This document shows positions 15,810 to 23,648 of a DNA stretch of 64,000 nt, in pieces; position 1 is the first letter of the stretch, and every line of letters begins with the position of its first letter. A model generated the notes under the pieces. That model had not been told where the DNA came from. It saw nothing but the letters and a program-made list of their open reading frames with translations, and made no database searches. The position numbers and the translations under genes are program-made. Where the stretch lies: the NCBI GenBank assembly GCA_009837445.1, contig VXTM01000004.1:4642-68641 (forward strand). The letters are read 5' to 3'. Source of the DNA: Acidimicrobiaceae bacterium (GTDB lineage Bacteria > Actinomycetota > Acidimicrobiia > Acidimicrobiales > Aldehydirespiratoraceae).

Positions 15810-17611
15810 ACAGGTCGCTGATGACCCGCCGGCACGAGGCCGTGCAGTCCGCGCTGGACGAGATCCGGCGGCTGCGGGACACGCTGGGTCCTTCGGAGGA
15901 GCTCCTGGAGGCCGTCGGCCCGACGCTGACTGAACTGGCCCTCAGAGAGGAACTGTTCGACGCCGACGCGTTCGCCGTGGATGCCGGAGCGCTGATGACC
16001 ATCTACGAGCTAAGCGTCGACATCGACGGGAAGCTCGGGCTCTACGCCTCGGCAGGGATGCCCGGCAAGCAGCAGCCGCCGCACGACCACCGCACCTGGT
16101 CGGTGATCGCGGGGGTGCGCGGCGCGGAGCACAACCAGTACTTCGAGCGCACCGACGACGGCCGCGATCCGGAGCAGGGACGGCTGGAGCCCAGGGGCGA
16201 GCGGACGCTGAGGCGGGGCGACGCCAACGGCATGATGGGCGACGGCTTCCACACGATCCGGGTCCTGGACGAGGGTCCGGCCATGCATCTGCACCTCTAC
16301 GGCTACCCGCTCGACCGCCTGACCGGCCGCGTCTACTTCGACGGAGTCGAGGGTGGGGTCGAGCGTCCCTTCATGGGCCGGCCCGATCTGCGCTCCGCCA
16401 AGGTGACTGCTCAGGAGCTGGCCGCGATGCAGGATGACGGTGAGGAGTTGGCCGTCCTCGACACCCGAGACGTCGCCATCCACTCGATCGGGCACGTTCC
16501 CGAGTCGTGCCCGGTGCCGGCCGCAGAGCTGGAATGGCGGCTGGCCGGCCTGCTGCCACGGCGGGCCGTGCGGGTGGTGGTGATCGGCGAGGACGACTCG
16601 GCCGCGCATCGGGCTGCTCATGTGGTCCGCCGTCAGGGGTTCACCAACGCGGCCGTGCTGGCCGGCGGTGTCGAGGCATGGGCCGAGGCCGGCTACGACG
16701 TCCACGACGGCATCCACACCATGTCCAAGGCCTTCGGGGAGCATGTCGCCCACCTGCGGGACACGCCGCTGATCTCCGCCGACGAGTTGCGAAGCCGGCG
16801 CGAGCAGGGGCTGACGGTGGCCCTGGTGGACTGCCGGCCCGAGCTCGAATTCGAAGCCCTGCACGTTCCGGGCGCGGTCAACGCCCCCGGAACGGAGCTG
16901 CTGGCCCGGGTGCTGGGCATGGACCTCGAGCCGGGCACCCCGATCGCGGTCAGCTGCGCCGGACGGACCCGCTCGATCATCGGCGCCCAGACCCTGATCG
17001 ACGCTGGAGTGGACTTCCCGGTGCTTGCCCTGGAGAACGGCACCATGGGATGGAAGCTGGCCGGCGAGGAACTCGCCGAGGGAGTTGACGACGCGGCCGC
17101 GCCCCCTTCCCCCAGCGCTCTGCGGGATGCTGCCGTCCGGACCCGGCGCTTGGCCGACACCCACGGCGTTCCTGTCATCGGCGAGGCCGATCTGGCCGGC
17201 TGGCTCGGCGACGACTCCCGCACCACCTACGTGTTCGATGTGAGTTCCCCCGCCGGCTACGCAGCCGGTCACCGGCCGGGGCTCGCTTCGGCCCCTGGGG
17301 GCCAGCTCATCCAGGAGCTAACCGCTCGCACGGCGGTGCCGTCGGCTCGCATCGTGGTGGCCGACTCCGACGGTGTGCAGTCGCTACTGACGGCCTACTG
17401 GCTGCGGCTGATGGGCCGCGACGCCTTCGCCCTGCCCGACGCCAACCGGGGCCGGTGGCTGGAGACCAGCTCGGATGTTGAAGCCGAGCCGGCTCGACCG
17501 GCCAAGCCCTACGAGCGCACGGTCGACGCTCTACAGGCCATGCGCGACTACATCGAGTGGGAGCTGGACCTGCTCGACCGGGTCGACGCGGCGTCGTTCG
17601 GACTGGACTAG
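15806..17611 (+). CDS. cupin (cysteine-dioxygenase-like) domain fused to three rhodanese-like domains
   Basis: The real start is GTG 15806 or ATG 15821 inside ORF 14984..17611. The cupin region has PHDHRTWSVIAG...HLHLYG. Only the middle rhodanese has an active-site-like CAGRTRS loop; the flanking two lack the Cys. Confidence 0.8.
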   Translation: MNRSLMTRRHEAVQSALDEIRRLRDTLGPSEELLEAVGPTLTELALREELFDADAFAVDAGALMTIYELSVDIDGKLGLYASAGMPGKQQPPHDHRTWSVIAGVRGAEHNQYFERTDDGRDPEQGRLEPRGERTLRRGDANGMMGDGFHTIRVLDEGPAMHLHLYGYPLDRLTGRVYFDGVEGGVERPFMGRPDLRSAKVTAQELAAMQDDGEELAVLDTRDVAIHSIGHVPESCPVPAAELEWRLAGLLPRRAVRVVVIGEDDSAAHRAAHVVRRQGFTNAAVLAGGVEAWAEAGYDVHDGIHTMSKAFGEHVAHLRDTPLISADELRSRREQGLTVALVDCRPELEFEALHVPGAVNAPGTELLARVLGMDLEPGTPIAVSCAGRTRSIIGAQTLIDAGVDFPVLALENGTMGWKLAGEELAEGVDDAAAPPSPSALRDAAVRTRRLADTHGVPVIGEADLAGWLGDDSRTTYVFDVSSPAGYAAGHRPGLASAPGGQLIQELTARTAVPSARIVVADSDGVQSLLTAYWLRLMGRDAFALPDANRGRWLETSSDVEAEPARPAKPYERTVDALQAMRDYIEWELDLLDRVDAASFGLD

Positions 17612-17617
17612 CGGCCG

Positions 17618-17646
17618 TGCGCCCAGAATCTTGGTGCGACTTTTTT
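17618..17646 (+). terminator. candidate intrinsic terminator (6-bp stem with 2 G-U pairs, then T6)
   Basis: TGCGCC-N9-GGTGCG followed by AC and TTTTTT (17641-17646), 7 nt after the stop at 17611. Confidence 0.5.
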
Positions 17647-17692
17647 GCATCCAGTCCACACAACCAACCCGAGATTCCGGTGAGGTGAGGCT

Positions 17693-18712
17693 GTGAGCCC
17701 CGCGGTCGGGATCTATGTCAACAACCGGGCTGCGGTGTTCGGCGGCGACCGCTTCGGGCTCGACGACCTCCTAGCGCTGGGCCAGAGAGCCGAGGAATGC
17801 GGCTTCGCGTTCGTGTCGGTGGGCGACAGCGTGCTGGCCAAGCCCCGCTGGTCGCCCATCGTCACCCTGGCCGCGGTGGCCGAGGCCACCAGCACCATCG
17901 GACTTGCCACCGGCATCCTCCAGCCCCATCTGCGCCATCCGGTGACGGTGGCCCAGGAATGGGCGACCCTCGACGCCCTCAGCGGAGGGCGCACCGCGCT
18001 GGGCGTGGGCCTCGGGACCGGACCGCCCGAGCTGGTGGACGCCGAGTTGGCGTTGGTCGGCTTGGACCGCAGGCGCCGGGCCCGGGCCTTCACCGAGGCC
18101 ATCGAAGTGATCAAGGCCTTGTGGGCGGGCGATGGGGTGGACTACGACGGCCGCGTCTACCAACTCCATGACGCCTCGATCGGGCTGCGCCCCGTCCAGC
18201 AGCCCGCACCACCGGTGCTGATCGCGGCTGGCGTGTTCGTGGCGTCACAGCGAGGCTTCGGCCCTAACGACGTCTTTGACGAGGCCCGGGCATCCACGTT
18301 CGTGGGCCGCTGGGACCGGGTGGCCCGGCTGGGCGACGGCTGGATCACCGGCATGGCCACTACTGACGAGCTGGCGGCCGGCCAAGAGGCGATCGCGGCC
18401 GCCGCTGAAGCTGCCGGTCGGACACTGCCCGAGCCGTTCGATGTGCGGGTCAACCTGTTCCTGCTGGTAGGCGACAACCCGGCCGAGGCCAGAGCCGAGG
18501 GCGCGGCCTTCATGGCTGACTATCACCGCCGCCCCATGGACGACGCCAGCATCGACCGCTGGCTGGTCTGGGGCCCGGCCGAGGCTTGCGCCGAGCGGCT
18601 GGCGGCCTACGTTGAGGCCGGCGCCACCTCGTTCCAGTGCGTGTTGGCCTCCGTCGACCAGCAGCCCCAGATGGAGCGGGTTGCGGCCGAGTTGCTGCCT
18701 CTCCTGAGCTGA
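17693..18712 (+). CDS. luciferase-like monooxygenase (LLM) class flavin/F420-dependent oxidoreductase
   Basis: LATGILQPHLRHPVTVAQEWATLDALSGGRTALGVGLG pattern. GTG start after GGTGAGGTGAGG. Confidence 0.85.
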   Translation: MSPAVGIYVNNRAAVFGGDRFGLDDLLALGQRAEECGFAFVSVGDSVLAKPRWSPIVTLAAVAEATSTIGLATGILQPHLRHPVTVAQEWATLDALSGGRTALGVGLGTGPPELVDAELALVGLDRRRRARAFTEAIEVIKALWAGDGVDYDGRVYQLHDASIGLRPVQQPAPPVLIAAGVFVASQRGFGPNDVFDEARASTFVGRWDRVARLGDGWITGMATTDELAAGQEAIAAAAEAAGRTLPEPFDVRVNLFLLVGDNPAEARAEGAAFMADYHRRPMDDASIDRWLVWGPAEACAERLAAYVEAGATSFQCVLASVDQQPQMERVAAELLPLLS

Positions 18713-18784
18713 GCCGCGCTCGAGAACCGGACTTCGTGTCCGTTGGCCGATGTCGGTAGGTTGCGCGTCGATAGAGGGGGAGCT

Positions 18785-19867
18785 GTGAGCACTGCTAGAG
18801 GGGCGACGCTGCTGGGGCCTGAGCGCCTGGAGATCCGGGAGTACCCGGTGCCGGAGGTGGCCGACGACGGGGCCCTACTCCGCATCGGACTGGGCGGCGT
18901 TTGCGGCACCGACGTGAAGTACTTCCACGGCCGCATCGACATGCCCTACCCGGTGATCCTGGGCCACGAGATCTTCGGCCAGGTCGAGCGACTAGGGCGG
19001 TCGGCGGCCGCCATCCACGGCGTGGCCGAGGGCGACCGGGTGATCCTCAAGGGCTCGCGGGGATGCGGCCACTGCCGGGACTGCCGCGACGGCGCCCCCC
19101 GCTTCTGCCCGCAGCGCACCCTCTACGGCAGCGCCACCACCGCCGCAGACCCGCCGCACCTGTTCGGCGGGTTGGCCGACTACCTCTACGTGAACCCGGA
19201 CGCCGAGCTGTTCAAGGTGGGCGACGGCATGAGCGACGAGGCCGCGGTGCTGTGCGGGTCGGTGATGGCCAACGGCTACCAGTGGGCCATCCTGCACGGC
19301 GGGGTGACCTTCGGCGACACCGTGCTGATCCAGGGGCCGGGCCAGCAGGGCCTGGCCTGCACCTGGGCGGCCCGGGCCGCGGGCGCGGCCCGAATCATCG
19401 TGGCCGGCACGGCAGCCGACGCCGACCGGCTGGCATTGGCCCGGCAATGGGGCGCCGACCGCACCGTCGAGGCCGACATCATCGATGTCGTGGAGGTTGT
19501 GGCTGACGAATCAGGCGGGGCCATGGCCGATGTGGTGGTGGACGTAAGCGGCAGCCCGGCCGCTCTGGAGCCGTCAATCGCCGCGCTGCGCAAGCGGGGC
19601 ACGCTCGTGCTGGCCGGGCTCAGCGGTGGGCAGCAGGTTCCGGTGGGGATCGACGCTCTCGTCTGGAAGGAGATCAAGGTGCAGGGAGCGTTCACCGCCG
19701 GGAGCCCGGCGCTGACGGCCACCATGGAACTGATCGAGTCCACCGGCTTCAGGCCCGAGGAGATGATCAGCCACACCTTCGGCCTCGACGAGACTGAGCT
19801 GTGCATCCGGGCCATCGCCAACGAGATCGACGGCATGTACCCCACCAAGGCGGTGATCCGGCCATGA
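18785..19867 (+). CDS. zinc-dependent alcohol dehydrogenase (MDR family)
   Basis: GVCGTDVKYFHG...GHEIFG catalytic Zn motif and structural Zn GCGHCRDCRDGAPRFC. The GTG at 18785 is preceded by AGGGGGAG. Confidence 0.9.
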   Translation: MSTARGATLLGPERLEIREYPVPEVADDGALLRIGLGGVCGTDVKYFHGRIDMPYPVILGHEIFGQVERLGRSAAAIHGVAEGDRVILKGSRGCGHCRDCRDGAPRFCPQRTLYGSATTAADPPHLFGGLADYLYVNPDAELFKVGDGMSDEAAVLCGSVMANGYQWAILHGGVTFGDTVLIQGPGQQGLACTWAARAAGAARIIVAGTAADADRLALARQWGADRTVEADIIDVVEVVADESGGAMADVVVDVSGSPAALEPSIAALRKRGTLVLAGLSGGQQVPVGIDALVWKEIKVQGAFTAGSPALTATMELIESTGFRPEEMISHTFGLDETELCIRAIANEIDGMYPTKAVIRP

Positions 19868-19888
19868 GCGAATCGGTGGGCCCAAAAA

Positions 19889-19902
19889 CAGTGTGCTAAA
19901 TT
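19889..19902 (+). promoter_or_regulatory. AT-rich box CAGTGTGCTAAATT (extended -10-like TGcTAAATT), member of a recurrent motif family
   Basis: It sits 60 nt upstream of the SBP start. 13 nt are identical to the box at 62410-62425 on the opposite strand. Confidence 0.45.
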
Positions 19903-19961
19903 CCCGAGCCACGGAATCTGTGGGTGAAACCGCCCACCGACCCACATGGATGGGAGGAGAC

Positions 19962-21458
19962 ATGGGGGAGTCGAGAGCGCATCGCGGACGGATCTGGAGG
20001 TGGGTGGCGATCATGTTGGCCTTCGCCGTCGTCGCAGCCGCCTGCGGCGACGACGATGAGGAGCCGGCAAGCCAACCTGAGGCGCCGGCCGAGCCGGCGG
20101 TCGATCCCGACCCCGAACCCGACGCACCGGCCGAAGAGCCCGAGGCACCCGCCGAGGAACCCGAACCTGAGCCCGAGGCACCGGCTGAAGAGCCCGAGGC
20201 AACCGCCGAGGAACCCGAGCCCGAACCCGAAGAGGCCGCCGAGGAACCCGAGCCCGAGCCCGAACCACCGGCGTTGACGGCCAGCTACCGGGGCGTGACC
20301 GAGGACTCGATCAGCGTCGGCGTGCTGTTGATCGACAAGGACCTGCTGTTCGAGGTGGCCAACGTCCTGCTCAACTGGGGCGACAACGTGGCCCAGTACC
20401 AGGAGGCCATCGACGCCATCAACGAAGCCGGCGGCGTCAACGGTCGCCTCATCGAGCCGGTCTTCGAGTTCGTCAACCCGCTGAGCCCGACCGCCTACGA
20501 CGAGTCGTGCGTGAAGCTCACCCAGGACGAGCAGATCTTCGCCGCCATCGGCTTCGTGCGACCCTCCGACTCGGCGCTGTGCTACGCGGAGATCAACGAC
20601 ACCCCGTTCGTCGGCTACCTGTCCGACATCACCAGCCAGGTGACCGACCGCTCCGTGCTGCCCATCATCACCAGCAACGCCCTGCCCGAGCGCATGGACG
20701 GCGCGCTGGCGACCACCGTGGCGGCCACCGGCGCGCTCGACGGCAAGACCATCGCGGTGCTGGGCAACTCCGACGCCCGCAACGAGCTGATCGTCTCGGC
20801 TCTGGCCGGCCTCGGCTACGACGTCGCCTCGACCACGGTCACAGCCGTGCCGACCGAGGACGAGGCCGCCGACGCCGCCGAGCTGGACATCGTCATCCAG
20901 CGCTGGATCGCCGACGGGATCGACTTCGTCTTCGACACCGCCGGACTCGACCGCCCGCTGGCCGCCGCCAACCGGGCCGGATTCGAGGCCGACTGGGCCA
21001 CCAACCGGACGACCATCCTTTCGGCGTCGAGGTTCGACTCGGGCGCTACCGAGGCCGAGATCGCGAGGACCATGGTGGTGGCGGTGCCGTCCGTGGAGCT
21101 GATCTACGAGCAGGGCCACGGACCCACGGTGGCCTGCGTCGACCGCTGGAACCAGAACCATCCCGACGAGCAGGCCGTCTTCTACCCGGGAGAGGACGAT
21201 CTGGACAATCTCCAGCGCATCGTCCGGTCGTGCCAGCAGGTCGGCACCTTCGCCAGGGTCGCCGAACTGGCCGGGCCCGACCTGACCACGGAGAGCTTCG
21301 CGGCTGCACTGGCCCAGGTGGGCTCCTACGAGATCGCCGAGTTGCCGTTCGCGTCGCTGGGCACAGACAAGTGGGACGCCAACGACGTCGTGACCCTCTT
21401 CCACTGGGACTCCGAGCTGGGAGACTTCGTAGCGGGCGATTTCGTCGACATTGGCTGA
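19962..21458 (+). CDS. ABC substrate-binding lipoprotein (Leu/Ile/Val-binding, type 1 periplasmic-binding fold) with acidic Pro/Glu linker
   Basis: Lipobox-like LAFAVVAAACG, then a PE-rich linker, then ISVGVLL...AINEAGGVNGRLIEPVF, typical of LIV-type SBPs. The ATG at 19962 is preceded by GGGAGGAG. Confidence 0.85.
   Translation: MGESRAHRGRIWRWVAIMLAFAVVAAACGDDDEEPASQPEAPAEPAVDPDPEPDAPAEEPEAPAEEPEPEPEAPAEEPEATAEEPEPEPEEAAEEPEPEPEPPALTASYRGVTEDSISVGVLLIDKDLLFEVANVLLNWGDNVAQYQEAIDAINEAGGVNGRLIEPVFEFVNPLSPTAYDESCVKLTQDEQIFAAIGFVRPSDSALCYAEINDTPFVGYLSDITSQVTDRSVLPIITSNALPERMDGALATTVAATGALDGKTIAVLGNSDARNELIVSALAGLGYDVASTTVTAVPTEDEAADAAELDIVIQRWIADGIDFVFDTAGLDRPLAAANRAGFEADWATNRTTILSASRFDSGATEAEIARTMVVAVPSVELIYEQGHGPTVACVDRWNQNHPDEQAVFYPGEDDLDNLQRIVRSCQQVGTFARVAELAGPDLTTESFAAALAQVGSYEIAELPFASLGTDKWDANDVVTLFHWDSELGDFVAGDFVDIG
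20059..20270 (+). repeat. GAR-CCN hexanucleotide-type coding repeat (Pro/Glu/Ala linker)
   Basis: Translates to EPEAPAEEPEPEPEAPAEEPEATAEEPEPEPEEAAEEPEPEPEPP. Confidence 0.75.
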
Positions 21459-21470
21459 TTCGCCGGCCTC

Positions 21471-21511
21471 GCTTGCGGCTGCGGTCCTTGGGGGTGACCG
21501 CAGCCGCAAGC
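21471..21511 (+). terminator. perfect 16-bp stem-loop (intercistronic hairpin/attenuator) between the SBP and MFS-LivF genes
   Basis: GCTTGCGGCTGCGGTC (21471-21486), a 9-nt loop, then GACCGCAGCCGCAAGC (21496-21511). It begins 13 nt after the SBP stop and has no U-tract. Confidence 0.55.
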
Positions 21512-21555
21512 AGCCTGCGCCAGCCGAGCCGGTAGCAGACGAGCTCCTCCCCGGG

Positions 21556-23619
21556 GTGGGAGGGGCCGATCAGATAAGCCTGCGGGAGGGGCTCAAGACA
21601 GCCGGGCCGTTCACGTTCGTCGTGCTGTTGCTGCTCAACAGCCTCGACGAGCTCGAGAGCGAGATCATCACCGTGCTGGCCCCCGACATCCGGGACACGT
21701 TCGGGGTCAGCGACGGGACGATCGTGTTCATCACATCGGCCTCCGCGGCCTTCTTCGTGCTGGGCGCGGTGCCGATGGGCTACCTCGCCGACCGCTTCAA
21801 CCGGTCGCGCCTGGTGGGCTTCGCGTCGCTGGCCTTCAGTGCCATGGTGTTCCTGTCGGGGCTGGCGGTCAGCGCGTTCATGCTGTTCTGGACACGCTTC
21901 GTCGCCGGCATCTCCAAGGCCAACACCCTGCCGGTGCACGGCTCGATCATCGCCGACGCCTACCCGATCTCGGTGCGGGGGCGAATCGCGGCCACCAACT
22001 CGATGGTGGGCAAGACGCTGGCCGCCATCAGCCCCATCGCGGCGGGCTGGATCGGCCACACCTACGGATGGAGGACGCCGTTCTTCATCCTGGGGGTGCC
22101 GGTGGCGATCATGGCGCTGCTGGCGTTCAGGATCCCCGAGCCGGCTCGAGGCCAGTGGGAGAAGCGGGATGTGCTCGACGAGGTCTTCGTCGACCCCGAG
22201 GCGGCCCCGGTGTCGCTGGAGGCTGCCTTCGCGCGGCTGATGAAGATCCGCACCCTGAAGATGATGGTGGTGGGGTTCGCCGCGCTCGGGTTCAGCCTGT
22301 TCACGGTGCCGGCCCTGGCCAGCCTGTTCATGGAGGAGCAGTACGGGGCCAACGCCTTCCAGCGGGGAGTGGTCGTCTCCATCGGCGGTTTCGCCGGCAT
22401 CGCCGTGCTGCCCTTCCTGGGGCGCTACTACGACCGCGCCTACCGGGCCGACCCGTCGAGCTCGCTGCGCATGATCGGCCGGTGCATCGTGCCGATGGCG
22501 GTGGTGACCCCGGTCCAGTTCCTGATGCCCGGCATGGCCAGCTTCGCGGCGGTTGGCGTGGTCCACAGCCTGCTGGCCGTGGGCGCGTTCAGCATGGTCA
22601 TCCCCCTGATCCAGGGCATCGTGCCGTACCGGCTGCGAGGCATGGGGCTGGCCCTGATCACCCTGTACATCTTCCTCATCGGAGCCATAGGAGGCTCTCT
22701 GCTGTCGGCCTGGCTCACCAACGACTTCAGCAACCGCACCGCCGTGTTCGTGCTGGCCATCCCGGCCAACATCATCGGCGGGACGGCCCTGTACCGGGGC
22801 AGCCGGTTCATCCGGGGCGACCTGGCCCTAGCCGCCGCCGACCTGCAGGAGGAGATGGCCGAGCACCGTCGGCTCAGCTCCGACCCGGACTCGGTGCCGG
22901 CCCTCCAGGTGCGGGGGGTGGACTTCAGCTACGGCAACGTGCAGATCCTCTTCGACACCTCCTTCGAGGTGCGCCAGGGCGAGACGCTGGCGCTGCTCGG
23001 CACCAACGGCGCGGGGAAGTCCACCATCCTCAAGGTGATCACCGGGCTGGTGACCCCCGAGCGCGGCGTCATCCGCCTCGGGGGACGGACCATCACGTTC
23101 GCGACACCCGAGCACCGGGCCCGGCTCGGCATCGAGATGCTGCCGGGAGGCGCGGGGGTGTTCGGATCGCTGACGGTCCGCGACAACCTCGTGGTGGGCG
23201 CCTACCGGTACCGCAAGGACCCGGCCGACGTGGACAGGCGCATCGAGCGGGTAATGGAGCTCTTCCCGCAGTTGGCCGACCGGGCCGGCGACCGGGCCAG
23301 CAGCCTCTCGGGCGGCCAGCAGCAGATGCTGGCCCTGGCCCGGGTGATGCTGCACGAGCCCAAGATCCTGGCCATCGACGAGCTGTCGCTGGGCTTGGCC
23401 CCGGCCGCGGTGCAATCCCTGCTGGAGACCATCGACACTCTGCGGGCCGCAGGGCAGACCATGATCATCGTCGAGCAGTCGCTCAACGTCGCGCTGGCAG
23501 TGGCCGACCGGGCCGTGTTCCTCGAGAAGGGCCGGGTGCGCTTCGACGGCCCGGCCTCGGAGCTTGCCGACCGGCCCGACCTCGCCCGGGCCGTGTTCTT
23601 GGGTTCCGACGAGGCTTAG
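21556..23619 (+). CDS. chimeric protein: N-terminal 12-TM MFS-like domain fused to a LivF-type ABC ATPase
   Basis: MFS motif A GYLADRFNRSRL with about 12 hydrophobic segments. C-terminal Walker A GTNGAGKST, signature LSGGQQQM and Walker B ILAIDELS. The ORF opens at TTG 21451, but the hairpin at 21471-21511 favours GTG 21556. Confidence 0.85.
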   Translation: MGGADQISLREGLKTAGPFTFVVLLLLNSLDELESEIITVLAPDIRDTFGVSDGTIVFITSASAAFFVLGAVPMGYLADRFNRSRLVGFASLAFSAMVFLSGLAVSAFMLFWTRFVAGISKANTLPVHGSIIADAYPISVRGRIAATNSMVGKTLAAISPIAAGWIGHTYGWRTPFFILGVPVAIMALLAFRIPEPARGQWEKRDVLDEVFVDPEAAPVSLEAAFARLMKIRTLKMMVVGFAALGFSLFTVPALASLFMEEQYGANAFQRGVVVSIGGFAGIAVLPFLGRYYDRAYRADPSSSLRMIGRCIVPMAVVTPVQFLMPGMASFAAVGVVHSLLAVGAFSMVIPLIQGIVPYRLRGMGLALITLYIFLIGAIGGSLLSAWLTNDFSNRTAVFVLAIPANIIGGTALYRGSRFIRGDLALAAADLQEEMAEHRRLSSDPDSVPALQVRGVDFSYGNVQILFDTSFEVRQGETLALLGTNGAGKSTILKVITGLVTPERGVIRLGGRTITFATPEHRARLGIEMLPGGAGVFGSLTVRDNLVVGAYRYRKDPADVDRRIERVMELFPQLADRAGDRASSLSGGQQQMLALARVMLHEPKILAIDELSLGLAPAAVQSLLETIDTLRAAGQTMIIVEQSLNVALAVADRAVFLEKGRVRFDGPASELADRPDLARAVFLGSDEA

Positions 23620-23648
23620 ACCGAGCAGGACCGAGCGGAGACGCAGGG

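Noticed and set aside
19868-19888. TGGGCCCA palindrome followed by AAAAA after the alcohol dehydrogenase gene, considered as a terminator.
   Set aside because: The stem is only 4 bp per arm with no loop, and the run is A rather than U on the sense transcript.
20059-20270. Periodic GAGCCC-type repeats here and at 49692-49820, considered as a CRISPR-like or intergenic tandem array.
   Set aside because: They are inside long ORFs and in frame, encoding Pro/Glu linkers. They have no spacer-repeat structure.
22068-23648. N-terminal 527 codons of the 1488-aa ORF 22068..26534. The same issue affects the 5' extensions of ORFs 14984..17611, 41103..42683, 28072..29379, 53795..55153, 54745..56085, 56284..58092 and 45669..46991.
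   Set aside because: These extensions overlap, out of frame, upstream genes with solid motifs, and they translate to Arg/Pro-rich junk. Internal starts with SDs or stop-start overlaps give proteins of normal family length.
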